Below the pieces are notes generated by a model, which was given only the letters and a program-made list of their open reading frames with translations, was not told where the DNA came from and searched no databases. From Amoebidium appalachense (lineage: Eukaryota; Protista; Ichthyosporea): a stretch of 64,000 nucleotides of DNA. Positions 62,324 to 64,000 of the stretch are shown in pieces. The DNA lies in assembly GCA_963693365.1 (NCBI GenBank), contig CAVNZM010000005.1, positions 9,032,334 through 9,096,333 of the forward strand, given 5' to 3'. Position numbers and translations under genes: made by a program. Position 1 is the first letter of the stretch; every line of letters begins with the position of its first letter.

Positions 62324-63648
62324 ACACACACCAGACACACACACCACCACCACGGTGACCACCACCACCACCACCACCACCACTCACCCCTTAAAAAAAC
62401 CACACACATACGTGCACGTGTACACACACACACAGAACACCACCACCACCTCCACTGGACCCCATTTCCTCGTTGTTTTCTTAAGCCTTCAGACCAGTCC
62501 TGCACACTGGAGTTAAACAATTGAATTCACCTAGGCTGACATGCATCCACCCCCGCCTTCCACTTCCCCCTCCCCCCCACCCCCTCCCCCCACCCCCCCC
62601 CACCCCCACCCCCTCCCCCTCGATGAAGAAGGGCCCCCGTAAGCCTTGGGGGGGGGGGGGGGAGGGGGGGGGGAAGGGGAAGGGGGGAGCTCTTGAGCCT
62701 CCGGGTAGGGAAGTGGGGTCCGGGGATCCGGAGAGGAGGGGGGGGGGGGGGGGGGGGAAGGGGGCATATAATATTGGGCCTAGATATCATAGTATGGGGC
62801 CCCGGGGGGAGGGGAGAGGTGGGGGGGGAGGGGGGAGGATCCACGGGAAAGACCTTTAGGTGCATGTTCTTATTTATACCCCCTTCGAATCATCCCCCCT
62901 CTCCCCCCCCCTCCCCCCCCTGAGTGCAGGCCGTGACGTAGCTACGATAACCCTGCAGAAGGCAACAAAAATGTATTAATTACTAGCACTATACATGTGT
63001 TCATAGTGCAGCTTGCACCACGTATGATCTCAGCAACTTTAAAGTAGTCACAAAGTTTAGTTATTTTCATTATTTTCATTGCTCTGAACTCTATTACTCT
63101 GAAATGATCACCGTGCATGTGCCGCAAGATAACAACCCTATATGTGTGCAGCTGCTGCCTGCAGGTTAGACTCGCTGAAAAGACAATTGTCAGTGTGCAT
63201 CCGACGCTTGCAGCTGCAGCTAGCCTCTGCAACATTAATACTTGCCAAGTGAATGCTCTTACACTTGATCATCATTCACTCAAAAAACCGAGGACCGACA
63301 GATTAAATATTAATGTCGATCCGAATGATCAGCAAGTGTCTATGCGTACTACTATATATACACACACGTAAAATGCGAAGCTATCAGTTACAAGGCACAC
63401 CTGCTGCACTGGCACACATACACATACACACCGGCAGATCGATGCTGTCAAAATTTACTTTCATGTACTTCGTAGGTCCGACACAGGTGCACATGAACAC
63501 GTACATATGTACAAGCCGCGCACACACCACACCACACATACACACACACACACACACACTCACACACACACACGCACACACGCACACACGCACACACGCA
63601 CACACGCACGCACGCACGCACACACACACACACACGCACGCACGCGCG

Positions 63649-63718
<70 letters not shown>

Positions 63719-64000
63719 GACACACACACACACACACACATCACTGGGTGCGCTCGCTGGGGATTAGTTTTTTGGCACGCTGTTGACTTTATCGTGTGTT
63801 TATTATTTGCTATTTATTGGCCAGCGGCCAACATTTAAAAATATACTATATACCTAAAAATAGATACTGACTACGGCCAGCAGACATTATACACCTTCCA
63901 GGACACATTAACACCAATAGTCTAACACACCATACTCTCGATCACAAAGAATTCCTAACAAACAGAGAAAAGTGCAAAGGCTCTGTACTATTACTCAGAT

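Noticed and set aside
62942-63371. Short ORFs near the window end
   Set aside because: No motif, codon bias or splice chain to support them.

Overview
Eukaryotic nuclear DNA: GT-AG spliceosomal introns, standard genetic code, and very dense (CA)n/(GT)n, (GA)n and poly-C/poly-G tracts. Most entries in the six-frame ORF track are microsatellite artefacts. Splicing exons by hand gives six gene models. (1) A 4-exon Pam17-like mitochondrial import motor gene (minus). (2) An 11-exon secreted GH20 beta-N-acetylhexosaminidase (minus) with a 3-kb pogo/Fot1-type DNA transposon in intron 4. (3) Directly upstream of it, an intronless UNC-93/NOPE1/NGT1-family MFS transporter, so genes 2 and 3 look like a GlcNAc release-and-uptake pair. 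(4) A large multi-exon gene (plus) whose decayed last exon seems to encode catalytically dead mRNA-capping-like and T4 Rnl1 RNA-ligase-like domains, then a C-terminal F-box. (5) A small orphan gene (minus). (6) A 7-exon gene joining a RING-like finger to a FEZ/SCHIP1-like coiled coil (plus). There are also several minisatellites and a roughly 110-bp dispersed repeat flanked by poly-C. The gene content hints at a unicellular opisthokont, but that is inference. All family calls come from motifs recognised by eye; no database search was run.
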